In this document: positions 25,851-38,563 of the stretch, in pieces
Layout of the letters: every line of letters begins with the position of its first letter
Position numbering within the stretch: the stretch's first letter is position 1
Assembly (NCBI RefSeq): GCF_001194135.2
Contig: NC_068985.1
Location: forward strand, 9,290,752-9,354,751
From: Octopus bimaculoides
Lineage: Eukaryota
Reading direction: 5' to 3'
DNA length: 64,000 nucleotides
Position numbers and translations under genes: made by a program
Notes under the pieces: generated by a model
Database searches by the model: none
What the model was told of the DNA's origin: nothing
What the model saw: only the letters and a program-made list of their open reading frames with translations

Positions 25851-28324
25851 GAATTACGGTAGCACCACACGGTCTACATCTAACAACTAGAATTTAAATT
25901 TCCAAAGTTAGACGGTGGTCTACACCGATATGATAGTCTAATTGTCTAATTCTACTCATAAATACAAGTTCCAGAAGAGTGATAAAGTAAAAGAAAAAAA
26001 ACAGACATAAATGTATTCTTTAAGGAATTTAAATTACTCATCCTTATTTAAACCAACCTTCTTAAAGTGGACTTGAAACTTGATTTTTCCAGTTCACTAA
26101 ACTAACATCCCAGGAAAACAGTAAAGTCATTAAACAGCATTCACTTCTATAACCATTCTAATAGCGTAATCAATAATCTTGCTGAAATTTTTAACTAAAC
26201 AACTTACTACAATAGAATTGGTTTCAAAGTCAAAAATCTACTACCCTGAAACCACCACAAACGTTTCTATTACTAAGAACAATAACAACTTTTTACTAGA
26301 AATCGAAACAGAACGAGAAATATTACATGGTATAATCTGCTCTTCAATTTAATCGTAATTAACCTTATAGCCATACAAACCTACCTTCTTAGAAAATAAT
26401 CCTACTCACAGCATAAATATTATAGAATTTTTAATAAGTATACCATAAAATTATAATAATCTACTACATTGAATTTTGTACAGCCTTAACATCTTCCCTT
26501 CAATGAAAACTAATTTATAGCGGTTAAATTTATTAGAAATATCAATTTGAAATATATTAAACGTAGTTATTGTCCAATGAAATTATCATAAATACTTAGA
26601 CAATGATATAGCTTTTTGTTTCTGCAATAACTAAATGCGTACTTATATAAATTCCACTATCACATACACATATTGAGGAACCCGAATAGGGGAATGGAAC
26701 ATCACACTAGAAATATCTATGGGAGTTAAAGGAGAAGAAAATTAACTACTCCTTTAAATGGAAAATCATTTTGAAAGCTAAATCATATTGCAGAAAATAA
26801 GATATCTTTCCGATGAAAACTTATTTGCAAATAGAATTTTCCGAAATAAATAAACTGAACTGATTTATTGGGTGCACAGAATCTGTCAGTTATTCCTTCA
26901 TCGGACAACCAAAATTTCAGCTCCTAAATAGTATTTATTTAATCAACCAATTTTTACAATCATAACTTTATCCATTCGTGGTTTTATGTTAATTTCTCAA
27001 TTTTTAAATCGTTATTTTAATTTTTGCTCATATAATGTGGTGTGCCTCCATTCTTCACTTTTCAATCTTCTAAAAATTCTATTTCATATTTTATTTGCTT
27101 CCCTTCCACTTACATCTGAGGTTTAAGTTACTAAACAGTCCTTGTAGCTTATTCAGTTCTCCCCTGCAATATCGGACATTTTTTTTTTACCGTGATTCCG
27201 TTAACTACTTGGTTTACATGTATTTTATCTGTCATATATGCAAGTTTGTGCTTCGCTCTTCTAAGACATTTCTAATATTTTATACAGCTTCCATATAAAA
27301 TATATTCTCACATACACACAGTTTTAATTCACTTCTTCCAATCAACCATATTCTTATACACGAGATTAATCCAACACATTTTACTTCTCTTTTACATCCT
27401 AAAAGAACCGCTTACTATTCTATTATATACATAAGCCTTTTATTATAATATTTTATTTTATTTTATTAATTTCCTTAATTTCATTTTACTTATTTACTCA
27501 TTTATTTATTTATTTTGCTACTTCTCTAACTTAGAATTTTCTTTTTGAATCATTGAAAATACTCCGTTTTCAAGTGTGTGTGTGTGTGTGTGTGTGACAG
27601 AATACCCGACGTTGCCCTGCTTTAAGGCATAGTCGATTTAACAGAATAATATTAAATTCCTCTTGAAAAGTTGTGTGACGTGTAAGAAATGAAACCGATT
27701 GCCAATACATGTACAGCAATCTAGTGTCTAATGTGTTTCAGGTGGATGTTCAATACTTAGCGGCGTTTTGTCCGTCTTTACGTTCTAAGTTCAAATTCCG
27801 CCGAGGTTGACTTTGCTTTTCATACTTTCAGGGTTGATAAAATATGTAACAGTTGAACAGTGGAGTCGATGTAATCGACTAGGCACCCTCCTGCGAACTT
27901 GCTAGTCTCGTCCCAAAATTTGAAACCAATATCAAAATATATTGCATTAATGAAATTATATAAATACCATATCTAATTCAGCCATATTAAAAAAGAACAC
28001 GTGACTAAGTAAATGTGAATGTAGTTTTATTTCAATTATGACTCTTATTGATGATAATATATTTTATTCTAGAAATACTAATTCTTATATTTCCAAGAAG
28101 TAAAACGGCCACAGAAATAACAAACACTCTTATAACCTATGGAAATGTATGTGCTTGGAGGAAACCCATTAATCCAAACAGTGGAACTTCATTATATGCA
28201 GTATATATTATAAGAATTGCAGTGAGCCCAAGTTTTTTATAATGTACCCATCGTAGCTTTGACCATTCTGAACATTGTCATATCCTCCGAAATTCTCAGT
28301 GTTTATTGATTGTCTATGACAGGC

Positions 28325-28700
28325 ATAAAAAAAAAAGAGATTATGGGCTTCCAACCGTTGAGCAGCCTATTATAAATTAGCCATAAATAAAGCAGTATTT
28401 CTGATGCAGACCAGAAATTGTCAATGGTTGTCCTTGAAATTTATTGATTGGCATGGCAAAGCTTAGGTGGTCTGGAAATTAAAGAATTCAAGTCTTTTAA
28501 ATCGAAAGGAGACATCTGTTGTTATGAGTGGAATTCTGAGTAAAACTGCATCTTCTGCTTTGGTGCACTCAGCGAGAACAGTAGCGTCGATGACATAAAG
28601 CAATTAACTTTGCACTATTAGTTTTGTGCCATTGCACAACGAGGATTGATATAAATTTTCGGAGCAACACTATTGGGGACAAGCGAAGGCCCCTGGAAAT
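28325..28700 (-). mobile_element. Helitron RepHel (Pif1-like helicase) C-terminal remnant
   Basis: NLYQSSLCNGTKLIV..VIDATVLAECTKAEDAVLLRIPLITTDVSFRFKRLEF and FAMPINKFQGQPLTISGL...CFIYG*FIIGCSTVGSP match the Helitron motifs LCNGT, RIP, FKRLQFP, FAMTINKSQGQ, HGQLYVACSRV. May extend to ~29200. Confidence 0.85.
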
Positions 28701-29762
28701 GTCATGCGTTTTGCAAGTGAAACTTGAGAACTTTGTCCATTGCTATTGCCATGGCAGAGACGCCAGAAAAGGGCAGGCAAGACAGAGAGAAAGGGAAAGA
28801 AATAAAAGAGGAAGTTGTGACAAGAGTTAGTTGAAAGATAAAAGGAATAAAGAAACACTGGTTAATCGATACAGATGTAAAGTAACACACACGCATGATC
28901 TTTACTCGAGGCACTTCTCTTCAGCTGCTCATGTCTGTATTACTGAAATCGAGTCTTTACTTTTATCTTGATCTGTGAGCTTTCAGCCTTGCTTGAAACT
29001 GCTGTTAGCTTTCGTGGTGTTTATGCGTTGTCTGTCTGTGGGTATTCTGCTGAAGGTGGCCTGTCATTCATGCGGCATTGCTGGTATTCATGGCGTGCTT
29101 CACGTTCACTGTAAATCTCTAGTCTTTTGTAAGATGCATTCTAGACAGTAATAGCCCACAATCTTTATTGTCGTTGATCAGCTGTTTCTGCCCTCAAAGC
29201 TCACTTGCGTTTGGATGTTGTAAGTGTGAGAAATCTTTAACGTGGTTTTAGTGATCGGAACATCACATCCTTTGTAATAAACCACCCAATTAAGAAAGGA
29301 CTAAATTGTGGTTATGACCGAAATTTGAACTTCCACCCACAAAATTCGACTTCCAGTAGCCGACAGCTATTGAAAATGGTGCATCTGCTGATATTAAATA
29401 ATTCAAGCAAGAAGTCGATTTTGGGGGATATGAATTCAAATTGTGGTCACGACCAACAATAGTCCTCCCTTTTTATGAATGATCTGTTACAAACTAATAA
29501 ATATTCAAATGTGAGAGAATTAAAGAAATGTAATTTTAAATAGAAATACAATTGTATGTAAAAGACTTGCATGGTTTTGCAAATGCAAGAACTGGTATTT
29601 CAATAAGAAAAATGAAAGAGTATGAGACAGAGAGTGAGATACAGAAAGCGAGAGGGGAAGAAATTCAACGAATGAAGTAAAGAAGGAGAGTGCGGTGAGG
29701 GAGGGGAAGAGATGGTCGTAGAGTGAATGAAACTGAGAGAATGAAGAGAGAATGGGAGTGGT

Positions 29763-30163
29763 TGTTGTTGTTGTTTTTGGCACTCCGTCGCTTACGACGT
29801 CGAGTGTTCCAGTTGATCCGATCAACGAAACAGCCTGCTCGTGAAATTAACGTGCAAGTGGCCGAGCATTCCACAGACACGTGTACCCTTAAGGTAGTTC
29901 TCGGGGATATTCAGCGTGACACAGAGTGTGACAAGGCTGACCCTTTGAATTACAAGCACAACAGAAACAGAAAGTAAGAGTGAGAGAAAGTTGTGGTGAA
30001 AGAGTACAGCAGGGTTCGCCACCATCCCCTGCCGGAGCCTCGTGGAGCTTTAGGTGTTTTCGCTCAATAAACACTCACAACGCCCGGTCTGGAAATCGAA
30101 ACATGCGATCCTATGACCGTGAGTCCGCTGCCCTAACCACTGGGCCATTCATTGCGCCTCCAC
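29763..30163 (-). mobile_element. SINE family 2, full length with TSD
   Basis: 12-bp TSD AATGGGAGTGGT at 29751-29762 and 30164-30175; (AAC)n tail; inserted in a purine-rich low-complexity tract. Confidence 0.9.
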
Positions 30164-31021
30164 AATGGGAGTGGTAAAGGTCTGCGAAAGTACAGAGCGA
30201 CGATTAAGAGAGAAAAGAAGGGAAAAAGTACGAGACAAGGGGAAAGGTAGAATGAAAGTGAATGAATTTGGTAATGGAAATGAGAGGAAGTAAAGAAAGA
30301 AGGTATGAAGGGAAAGAGAGAGAGGGGGAGAGACAGACAGACAGACAGAAAGAGAGAAAACAAGAAGCGGTAAAAGTTTCAATGGCGAACAGAAAAGACA
30401 GAAAAGTAGAACGCGATTCCGAAGTGAGGTAGCAGAAGAGATGACGATAGGTGCATGCAAATGAAAGTAGACATGCGTGTAAGAGATGCTTAAAGCATTA
30501 CATCAATTATGAGTTTTGGGAGAAGGTGGGAAAATGCACATATATATATATATANNNNNNNNNNNNNNNNNNNNNNNNNNNNNNNNNNNNNNNNNNNNNN
30601 NNNNNNNNNNNNNNNNNNNNNNNNNNNNNNNNNNNNNNNNNNNNNNNNNNNNNNNNNNNNNNNNNNNNNNNNNNNNNNNNNNNNNNNNNNNNNNNNNNNN
30701 NNNNNNNNNNNNNNNNNNNNNNNNNNNNNNNNNNNNNNNNNNNNNNNNNNNNNNNNNNNNNNNNNNNNNNNNNNNNNNNNNNNNNNNNNNNNNNNNNNNN
30801 NNNNNNNNNNNNNNNNNNNNNNNNNNNNNNNNNNNNNNNNNNNNNNNNNNNNNNNNNNNNNNNNNNNNNNNNNNNNNNNNNNNNNNNNNNNNNNNNNNNN
30901 NNNNNNNNNNNNNNNNNNNNNNNNNNNNNNNNNNNNNNNNNNNNNNNNNNNNNNNNNNNNNNNNNNNNNNNNNNNNNNNNNNNNNNNNNNNNNNNNNNNN
31001 NNNNNNNNNNNNNNNNNNNNN

Positions 31022-31085
<64 letters not shown>

Positions 31086-31266
31086 TGTGTGTGTGTGTGT
31101 GTGTGTGTGTCCGTGTATGTGTGAAGAGAGGGAGAGACAAAGAGAGAGGTAGGGTGTTTATATTTAGGATGTAGAACATATTCAAACAAAAGATAAATTT
31201 GTTTATTGAATATGTGTATGAGTGGATAAAGATACACAAAGAAAAACATGTCTCCACAATAAAATA

Positions 31267-31517
31267 TTGGACTGGTGCATAATTATTGCGGCTTTTTTCC
31301 AACAGATTTTATTCAACAAAAACAATAACAACATGTAACAAAAACATCTTTAAATGATTGTTCCGGAGCATATTCCCCATCTACTTCAATTATTGCTTCT
31401 CATTTGCTTGGCAGACGGTCAGACCGGCAGTTAAAGGTGTTTTTGCTAAATATTGTTATTGTTTTTGTTGAATAAAATTTGTTGAAAAAGAGCCGCAATA
31501 ATTATGCACCAAACCAA
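31267..31517. mobile_element. Mariner-family MITE with ~90-bp TIRs
   Basis: TTGG(AC/TT)TGGTGCATAATTATTGCGGCT...TTTTATTCAACAAAAACAATAACAA at both ends in inverted orientation; left TA. Confidence 0.85.
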
Positions 31518-31649
31518 CATTAAGGTTTCTGATTGATATGTATACGTTTATAACCAATGCAGCTTTCGGAATCAACCAGTGGGTTGGTTGGCTGGTTGGT
31601 TAGTTGAAGGGTAAATTGTTTTTTAAATAAAGAAACCATTTGAATATTC

Positions 31650-31803
31650 AGCCAGAATCGGTAGAACGCGGACCAAAAGGCATTGCGTTGTTTGGTTAAT
31701 GCCCTTTACATTCTAGCTTCAAATACCGCCGAGGTCAGCTTTCTCTATCGTCTATCTGGGGTTGATAAAATCGATTAAATCCTTCCTCCAAATTTGAGGC
31801 ACT
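31650..31803 (+). mobile_element. Decayed SINE family 1 copy overlapping the GPCR stop codon
   Basis: CAGAATCGGTAGAACGCG...TTTACATTCTAGCTTCAAATACCGCCGAGGTCAGCTTT...GGGGTTGATAAAA...CCAAATTTGAGGC is collinear with the family consensus. Confidence 0.8.
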
Positions 31804-32669
31804 CTGCTGATGCATTTTATTGTTCATATCGAAGCTTGTGTTCACATTGCTTGTCATTGATGTTCTGCTGGTCTGCTTACTTAATCGCAATGAAACGAGG
31901 TTGTCGAAATTCCTGTTGGTAGTGTTACTACTTATACCATAAATCTTTACTCTTTGCTTCGATTTGGATTCTAGGCACGGTATGTTAAGCAACCTCTTGA
32001 CAGCTTTAACGAACTCTTTGCTGCCGATCCAGTACACTAAGAATCCTGAACTGGAGTGTGAATGCACCAGAAGGGCCACGAATAGATACACTTCTTCCTG
32101 CAGTAGATCCTTTGGATCGCATGCGATAACAAACACATATGGGCACCAGCAAAACATAAAAACCATAAACAGAAGGAAAATCGTCCGAGATGTTCGGAGA
32201 GTTTCAGCCAACCAAGATTTCTTTCCTCGGATCTGGTTGGTATCGCTAAGTTTACATATATCCATTTTGGTCTTCTGTATCTTTCGTAAGATCAACAGGT
32301 TGAGAACACCGACTGAAAAAAGCGGCGACATAATAAGTACAAGCGTTATGTACAAAGTATAAGCGTGGCTGGCTACCCTGTTCCAAACACACGCATGTTG
32401 TTTATAGTCGTATTCGTGTCCATATAAGCCGAATATATTGCCCGATTCCAACAGGAAGGAAACTAGCCACACCAAAAATATAGTCGATAGGGAATTTCGC
32501 CGGTTGAACATTTTCCCACCCATTTGATTATGGCAAACGAAAATATACCTGTTGATAGTTGCCATGGATAAATTGAGGATGGCGCAGACACAAGCCGTGA
32601 AACAAAGCGAACTGACGAATTGACAGTAGGTTGATCTACTTCGAAAGAACTGTTCGCCTTTGATTATAC
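31735..32669 (-). CDS. Class-A GPCR, melatonin-receptor-like, coding exon 2 (ECL1 to C-terminus)
   Basis: Acceptor TTCTTTTTCAG| at 32670 is phase-compatible (G+GT=Gly), giving 422 aa. Motifs: C3.25, NRY (INRYIFVCH, cf. melatonin receptor NRYCYICH), W4.50, ECL2 YDYKQHAC, CWCPY, helix 8 SKEFVKAVKRLL plus Cys. TGA at 31737-31735. Confidence 0.9.
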
Positions 32670-32839
32670 CTGAAAAAGAATACAAATAAAATATCAAACA
32701 GTACTTCGGAAATCGAATGTGTGTGTGTGCGTGTGTGTGTACACGCATGCACATTATGTGTGTGTGTGAGAGAGAGAGTGGGGAGAGTTTATGTGTAAGA
32801 GACTGTGCGCGGGTGTGCTAGTGTCTCTGCATGTATGTA

Positions 32840-34190
32840 TGTATGTATTATGGACAGAGACAAGTAGAATCTCTGCTCGACTTCATAAACATGTTCTTCA
32901 TGGAGCTGAGAATGCTCGACCCAACAAGGGGTAAAAATGTCCTAGACCTCTGCTTCACAAATAATACGGCGCTCATCCATAATGTGACACCGACAATTTT
33001 CTCGGACCTTAACTTAATAGAACTTATAATGTGTGATCCACAGAAAAATTGCAGACACGCACAGTACTAGAAGCAGCCAATTCTTCTCAAGCCTGAACTT
33101 TCATAAAGCTGATTGGAAGGGTATGTATTCAGAAATAGGTCAATGGAAAGAAACTGGGTCCACCAGTCTCACTACGTAAGATATTTACATAGAGCAGCAT
33201 TTGATGAGAATTGTGGATGACGTTGGTTGGCACTCCGTCGGTTACGACGACGAGGGTTCCAGTTAATCCGATCAACGGAACGGCCTGCTCGTGAAATTAA
33301 CGTGCAAGTGGCTGAGCACTCCACAGACACGTGTACCCTTAACGTAGTTCTCGGGGAGATTCAGCGTGACACAGTGTGACAAGGCTGACCCTTTGAGTTA
33401 CGAGCACAACAGAAACAGGAAGAGTGAGAGAAAGTTGTGGTGAAAGAGTACAGCAGAGTTCGCCACCATCCCCTGTCGGAGCCTGGTGGAGCTTTAAGTG
33501 TTTTCGCTCAATAAACACTCACAACGCCCGATCTGGGAATCGAAACCACGATCCTACAACCGCGAGTCCGCTGCCCTAACCACTGGGCCATTGCGCCTCC
33601 ACGATGCAAGACGTACGCAGTCAGTTTTCTCCAGAGAGAATGTTAAACCATCGGAAGAATATAATCCCCATGGATAGGAAGATTTAATGAGACAACAAGC
33701 AAAACTCTCAAACAGTCTAAATGGGCCCCTAAAGCATAGCAAAGGATCCTATCTCAAACAGACATTGCTCGAGATCGAAAATGAACTCAAACTCTCCCAT
33801 GAAAAGGGGAGGGCAGAAAAAGAAGTCAAGGGTGTCAAAAACATAAAGACAAACTCAGAAGCATTGTATAGATTTGCAAAAGAGTTTACTTCAGAGCGGT
33901 ACAAGATAGGGTTACTGCTCGAGAAAAATGGCTCACCGACTGCAGACCCTTAGAATGCGCAATACAGCAATGTTTTCACACCTCCGTTAGGACACTTGCA
34001 AATAGCCATGCCAGATTAGTTCTTCGGCCCCACAGCTCTACACATTGCGATGGCAATTATTGATAACCTCGAAATAGAGGAAACTGATGTAATATCGGCC
34101 ATTGATGGAATGAACTCAAACTCGGCCACAGGCCCTGGTGGATTTCCAGCAGTCCCCCTAAAGAAATACAAAGGGTCTCATTCTTCGTTT
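32840..34190 (+). mobile_element. CR1/L2-group LINE ORF2 remnant (APE end and linker), intronic, split by a SINE
   Basis: PTRGKNVLDLCFTNN...SDLNLI; KNIKTNSEALYRFAK...IGLL; QYSNVFTPP; SATGPGGFPAVPLKK. Confidence 0.8.
33222..33601 (-). mobile_element. SINE family 2
   Basis: Full-length match to the copies at 5373 and 29763. Confidence 0.9.
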
Positions 34191-34997
34191 ATGAAGCACA
34201 GGTCGTTCCGTTCCGTACGCCGGTCAGAGATTTCTGTAACTGTTTTTAAAAACACGAAAGCCCGATTTGTTTTTAGTACAACGGACCTGTGTTACTTCCT
34301 TTTCCTTGGAATTATTCCTAGGGGACACAAACACTGCCTTTCATAATACACCTTCACCATGTAGTTTATCTATTTGTCTATTTATTTACCCGTTATTCAT
34401 TTTACAATAAAATAAATTTTAAGTTTTGTTTAACGGAAGTTTACAAATTGATTATGTTTACTGACAATATTTTACATATATTTGCATTCAAAATGGCCAC
34501 CTTTTTCTTTCGCCATAACCCTAAATCTTTTCTCAACAGAAATGCATGACTTATCATGTTTACATAATAGGTAAATATAATTGCTGCACCCAGTAATTAT
34601 TTATCCGAAGCTGACTCATATCAATGCTCACAAACCATGTACAACATTTGTTAAAAATTTACACTTTCGACTTTTATTTTTGGTAAGGTGTGAATGTCTT
34701 TATTTACAAAGGTGTCCACTCCTGCAATCTTTTCGATTTAACGATTTTTTTCTTTTCAGACTAACATGTTTTTAAACGTGTTTACTGCTACGAGGTTTTT
34801 GACTAGAATTCTCCTCCCATTACCCAAGACCTACATATCTTAACTCTTAAAAAAAAATACTTGTACAACTATTAAAATGTAAAAAATATAGTCATGACGT
34901 ATTCTTTCCTTCAAAATAATAAGATGAGTGTTCAAATGGCTTTAACATACTATTTCTCCCCCTCTGCTTCTCTCTCTCTCTCATACATACATACATG

Positions 34998-35051
<54 letters not shown>

Positions 35052-35433
35052 NNNNNNNNNNNNNNNNNNNNNNNNNNNNNNNNNNNNNNNNNNNNNNNNN
35101 NNNNNNNNNNNNNNNNNNNNNNNNNNNNNNNNNNNNNNNNNNNNNNNNNNNNNNNNNNNNNNNNNNNNNNNNNNNNNNNNNNNNNNNNNNNNNNNNNNNN
35201 NNNNNNNNNNNNNNNNNNNNNNNNNNNNNNNNNNNNNNNNNNNNNNNNNNNNNNNNNNNNNNNNNNNNNNNNNNNNNNNNNNNNNNNNNNNNNNNNNNNN
35301 NNNNNNNNNNNNNNNNNNNNNNNNNNNNNNNNNNNNNNNNNNNNNNNNNNNNNNNNNNNNNNNNNNNNNNNNNNNNNNNNNNNNNNNNNNGTAGTGGTAG
35401 TAGTAAATTTTGTATTATATATATATATAGATA

Positions 35434-36814
35434 TTGGGTCATCCCATAAATAATGCGGGTTTTTTTTCAATTACATGAGCTAAAAGTTGTATGGGGACGG
35501 GACAAACTACCTGCATCAACTTGCTATAAAAGCAGGTAGTAATTTTACATTGTCCTTATTCATAGTGCAAGTTTTAAAGAGTGCAGTTCGATTTTAACAG
35601 TTATTTTTTCAAAGTTATAATGGAAGTGACAAAGGAGCATATTCGGTATATTTTGCTTTATGAGTTCAATAAAGGCAACAACGCAACGGAAAGTGCGAGG
35701 AATATTAATGCAGTATATGGGGATCAGACAATAAACGTAAGCCAGTGTCAACGGTAGTTCTAGAAATCCCGAGCCGGAAACTACAGCCTAGAAAACGAGC
35801 CTCGTCCTGGAAGATCTTGCAAACCCTGGTGGAAAAAAAATCTCATCGTAACTGCTGAGGAACTTGCAGAGAAACTTGGATTTGGTCATTCAACCATTCA
35901 TCGACACCTGCATGCCATGGAAAAGTCAGTAAATTGGGTCGATGGGTTCCTCACAAACTTCCCGAGTCTAATCACGCGTAGAGAGTGAATGTCTGCTCTT
36001 CTTTGCTATCACGTCTCAGGAATGAACCTTTTTTGGACCGAATAGTGACTGGTGACAAGAATGGGTTCTCTATAAAAATGTCAAGCGCTGTAGACAGTGG
36101 GTAGGGAAAGGAAAAACACCGGCACCCCAGACTAAAGGTCTTTACCCACGTAAGGTATTATTATCTGTTTGGTGGAATATGAAAGGTTTATTCCATTTTG
36201 AACTTTTAAACCCAAACCAAACAATAACAAAGGAGATATACTGCGAGCAGCTTGAGCGGTTTAAGTNNNNNNNNNNNNNNNNNNNNNNNNNNNNNNNNNN
36301 NNNNNNNNNNNNNNNNNNNNNNNNNNNNNNNNNNNNNNNNNNNNNNNNNNNNNNNNNNNNNNNNNNNNNNNNNNNNNNNNNNNNNNNNNNNNNNNNNNNN
36401 NNNNNNNNNNNNNNNNNNNNNNNNNNNNNNNNNNNNNNNNNNNNNNNNNNNNNNNNNNNNNNNNNNNNNNNNNNNNNNNNNNNNNNNNNNNNNNNNNNNN
36501 NNNNNNNNNNNNNNNNNNNNNNNNNNNNNNNNNNNNNNNNNNNNNNNNNNNNNNNNNNNNNNNNNNNNNNNNNNNNNNNNNNNNNNNNNNNNNNNNNNNN
36601 NNNNNNNNNNNNNNNNNNNNNNNNNNNNNNNNNNNNNNNNNNNNNNNNNNNNNNNNNNNNNNNNNNNNNNNNNNNNNNNNNNNNNNNNNNNNNNNNNNNN
36701 NNNNNNNNNNNNNNNGGAGAGTATATTTTAGATTAAAAAAGAACTTTGCTTATCTTAATTTTAAAAAATAAAAGAAGCGTAATAAAACCGCATTTTTTAT
36801 GGGATAGATCGTTA
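35434..36814 (+). mobile_element. Mariner transposon with pseudogenised transposase, partly in a gap
   Basis: Left TIR TTGGGTCATCCCATAAATAATGCGG after TA; ATG at 35620 MEVTKEHIRYILLYEFNKGNNATESARNI..., EPRPGR, VTGD, WWNMKG..HFELL..NQTIT...YCEQL, with stops and frameshifts; decayed right TIR near 36785-36814. Confidence 0.9.
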
Positions 36815-37014
36815 GCCACTAAACCTTTTTCTATTTTCTCTCCCTGTTTATTTTTGCGTTCCTGTCTGTCGAAGAGCGTAGGCTCGAAACGTAAAAGACT
36901 TTCTCACTTCCCGATTTCCGAACGTTAAACTAATACATCTGTTTGTTGCTTACACACCCGTCTTCGTCTTTTGGGGGTTTTTTTTTGTAAATTCTCACTG
37001 TATATATATATACA

Positions 37015-37540
37015 AAGGTTTTATCAAAAGGTATCGGGACTGGTGCTATATAAAAGAAGACTATAATATATTTCAATTTGGCATTTACTGTCCTTCGAAG
37101 GTGACCCTTTCTGAAGCCACACACGTTATTCAGCGTCGTTTCCAATGATGAAAGCATTACTGGAACTCTTTTGGGTGGGATAACTAGCAACTGCCTCTTC
37201 GCATTCTCTTGGATTTCATCATCGTCTTGACATCTTGTTGAGGTTTTCCTCAGCAATGGTCATAAATGCACGATTCGTCACCTGATATGACCGTTTTCAA
37301 AACGTTTCCGTCTTTCTTGACACACCCAAGGAGATCCTGCGCAACTGAAACACGATCTTTGTTGTTTTTTTTTCTCGAGACGACCACACTCAACACACTT
37401 TACTTCCAAGCACAACTATAAACAACGGAAGTGGGCGCGAACGTTATAACTTAGTTCGATCTGTCCCAAACGACTTCACTCTGCGTATTTTAGCTCCGTC
37501 ACCATAGCACCAGTTACGATATTTTTGATGAAACCATATG
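37015..37540 (-). mobile_element. Mariner internal-deletion derivative
   Basis: Inverted ends GGTTT(T/C)ATCAAAA..TATCG..ACTGGTGCTAT; internal sequence resembles a transposase C-terminus (FHHWKRR...EG). Confidence 0.65.
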
Positions 37541-37688
37541 TGTGTGTGTGTGTGTAAGCAATTATGGGGATAAGCAAATTAGACACATCAAATATATTAA
37601 ATATATATTAAGTACATCAAATACAAAATATGTAGCACTACTAAGTGTCTTCTATACTGAGAATATCTGGATCTGATCTCATCTGTGA

Positions 37689-37732
<44 letters not shown>

Positions 37733-38563
37733 TGTGTGTATGCGATGGTTTTTTCTTTTTCTTTTTTTTTATTGTTAAGTAGCGTCGATTTTTACAATTC
37801 TGTAAATAATAATAATAATATTTTATAACCTTAAAGCTTATAAGCGACCACCGCTCAATGACTATAGAAAATAGTCTAATAATGGGGCACATAAGCCCTC
37901 GACGGGAAAAAGTAGGTTTTCCCGTCTATGTATGTATGTATACATGTACGCTCTTACACATTGATTGGTATGTGTTGTCCAACCTACTATCCGGCAGCGT
38001 CCAATTCTCTAACGGTTTTTTTCAAATGAATCAAGTCATAACCTTATCCATCTATTGTTTTCATAATCGGTCATAATGTCTTACGTTTAAGATGATTCCC
38101 ATGCTTTCCCTGATGAGGTTACAATTTTAATATCAAAGATCCCTATGGATCACACAGGTTGTAATCCTTTGAAACATATGTAGGAATAAAGTATGCAATT
38201 ATAACATGCGTTTTCTCCAATCCTTAAATTCTTAAATATACTCAAATACCCAAAATTTCAAGGAGTTCCTGCCTTAAAAACAGGAACTAAACCACAGTTA
38301 TTTTGTGTTCTTTGCTACATTGGTTTCTATTAACCCATTTATTCTATCAGAAGAATTTTTATTCATTAAGATAGAAGAAATACACATAAATATATATATA
38401 TATGCATATATATATATATCTGTATGTATGTATGTATGTATGCATACACACGCGCGCGCGCACAGGTGTGTGTGAGATAAAGTGAGAAGAACATGAATAA
38501 CATCAGCTTCAAGTAGGCACGAAGAAGAATGAAAATCAATTAAAAAAGTTCTTGGAAACTTAC

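Larger units (their letters stand above)
24700..26520 (+). mobile_element. Highly decayed Penelope-like RT, interrupted by a MITE and a SINE
   Basis: TFKDHESNF..RLIKPTK..GKIGK (~25005-25095), GGLHRYD (~25915), NITWYN (~26320), YRIFNKYTIKL (~26420). Confidence 0.65.

Noticed and set aside
29723-30177. Similar ORFs at 5298, 29723 and 42165 suggesting a gene family
   Set aside because: Translations of SINE family 2.
32670-32754. ATG at 32754 as the GPCR start
   Set aside because: The N-terminus is (CA)n-derived, lacks TM1-2, and sits upstream of a strong acceptor.
38298-38563. Read-through part of ORF 38298-38897
   Set aside because: Intronic after the GTAAGT donor; runs into microsatellite.
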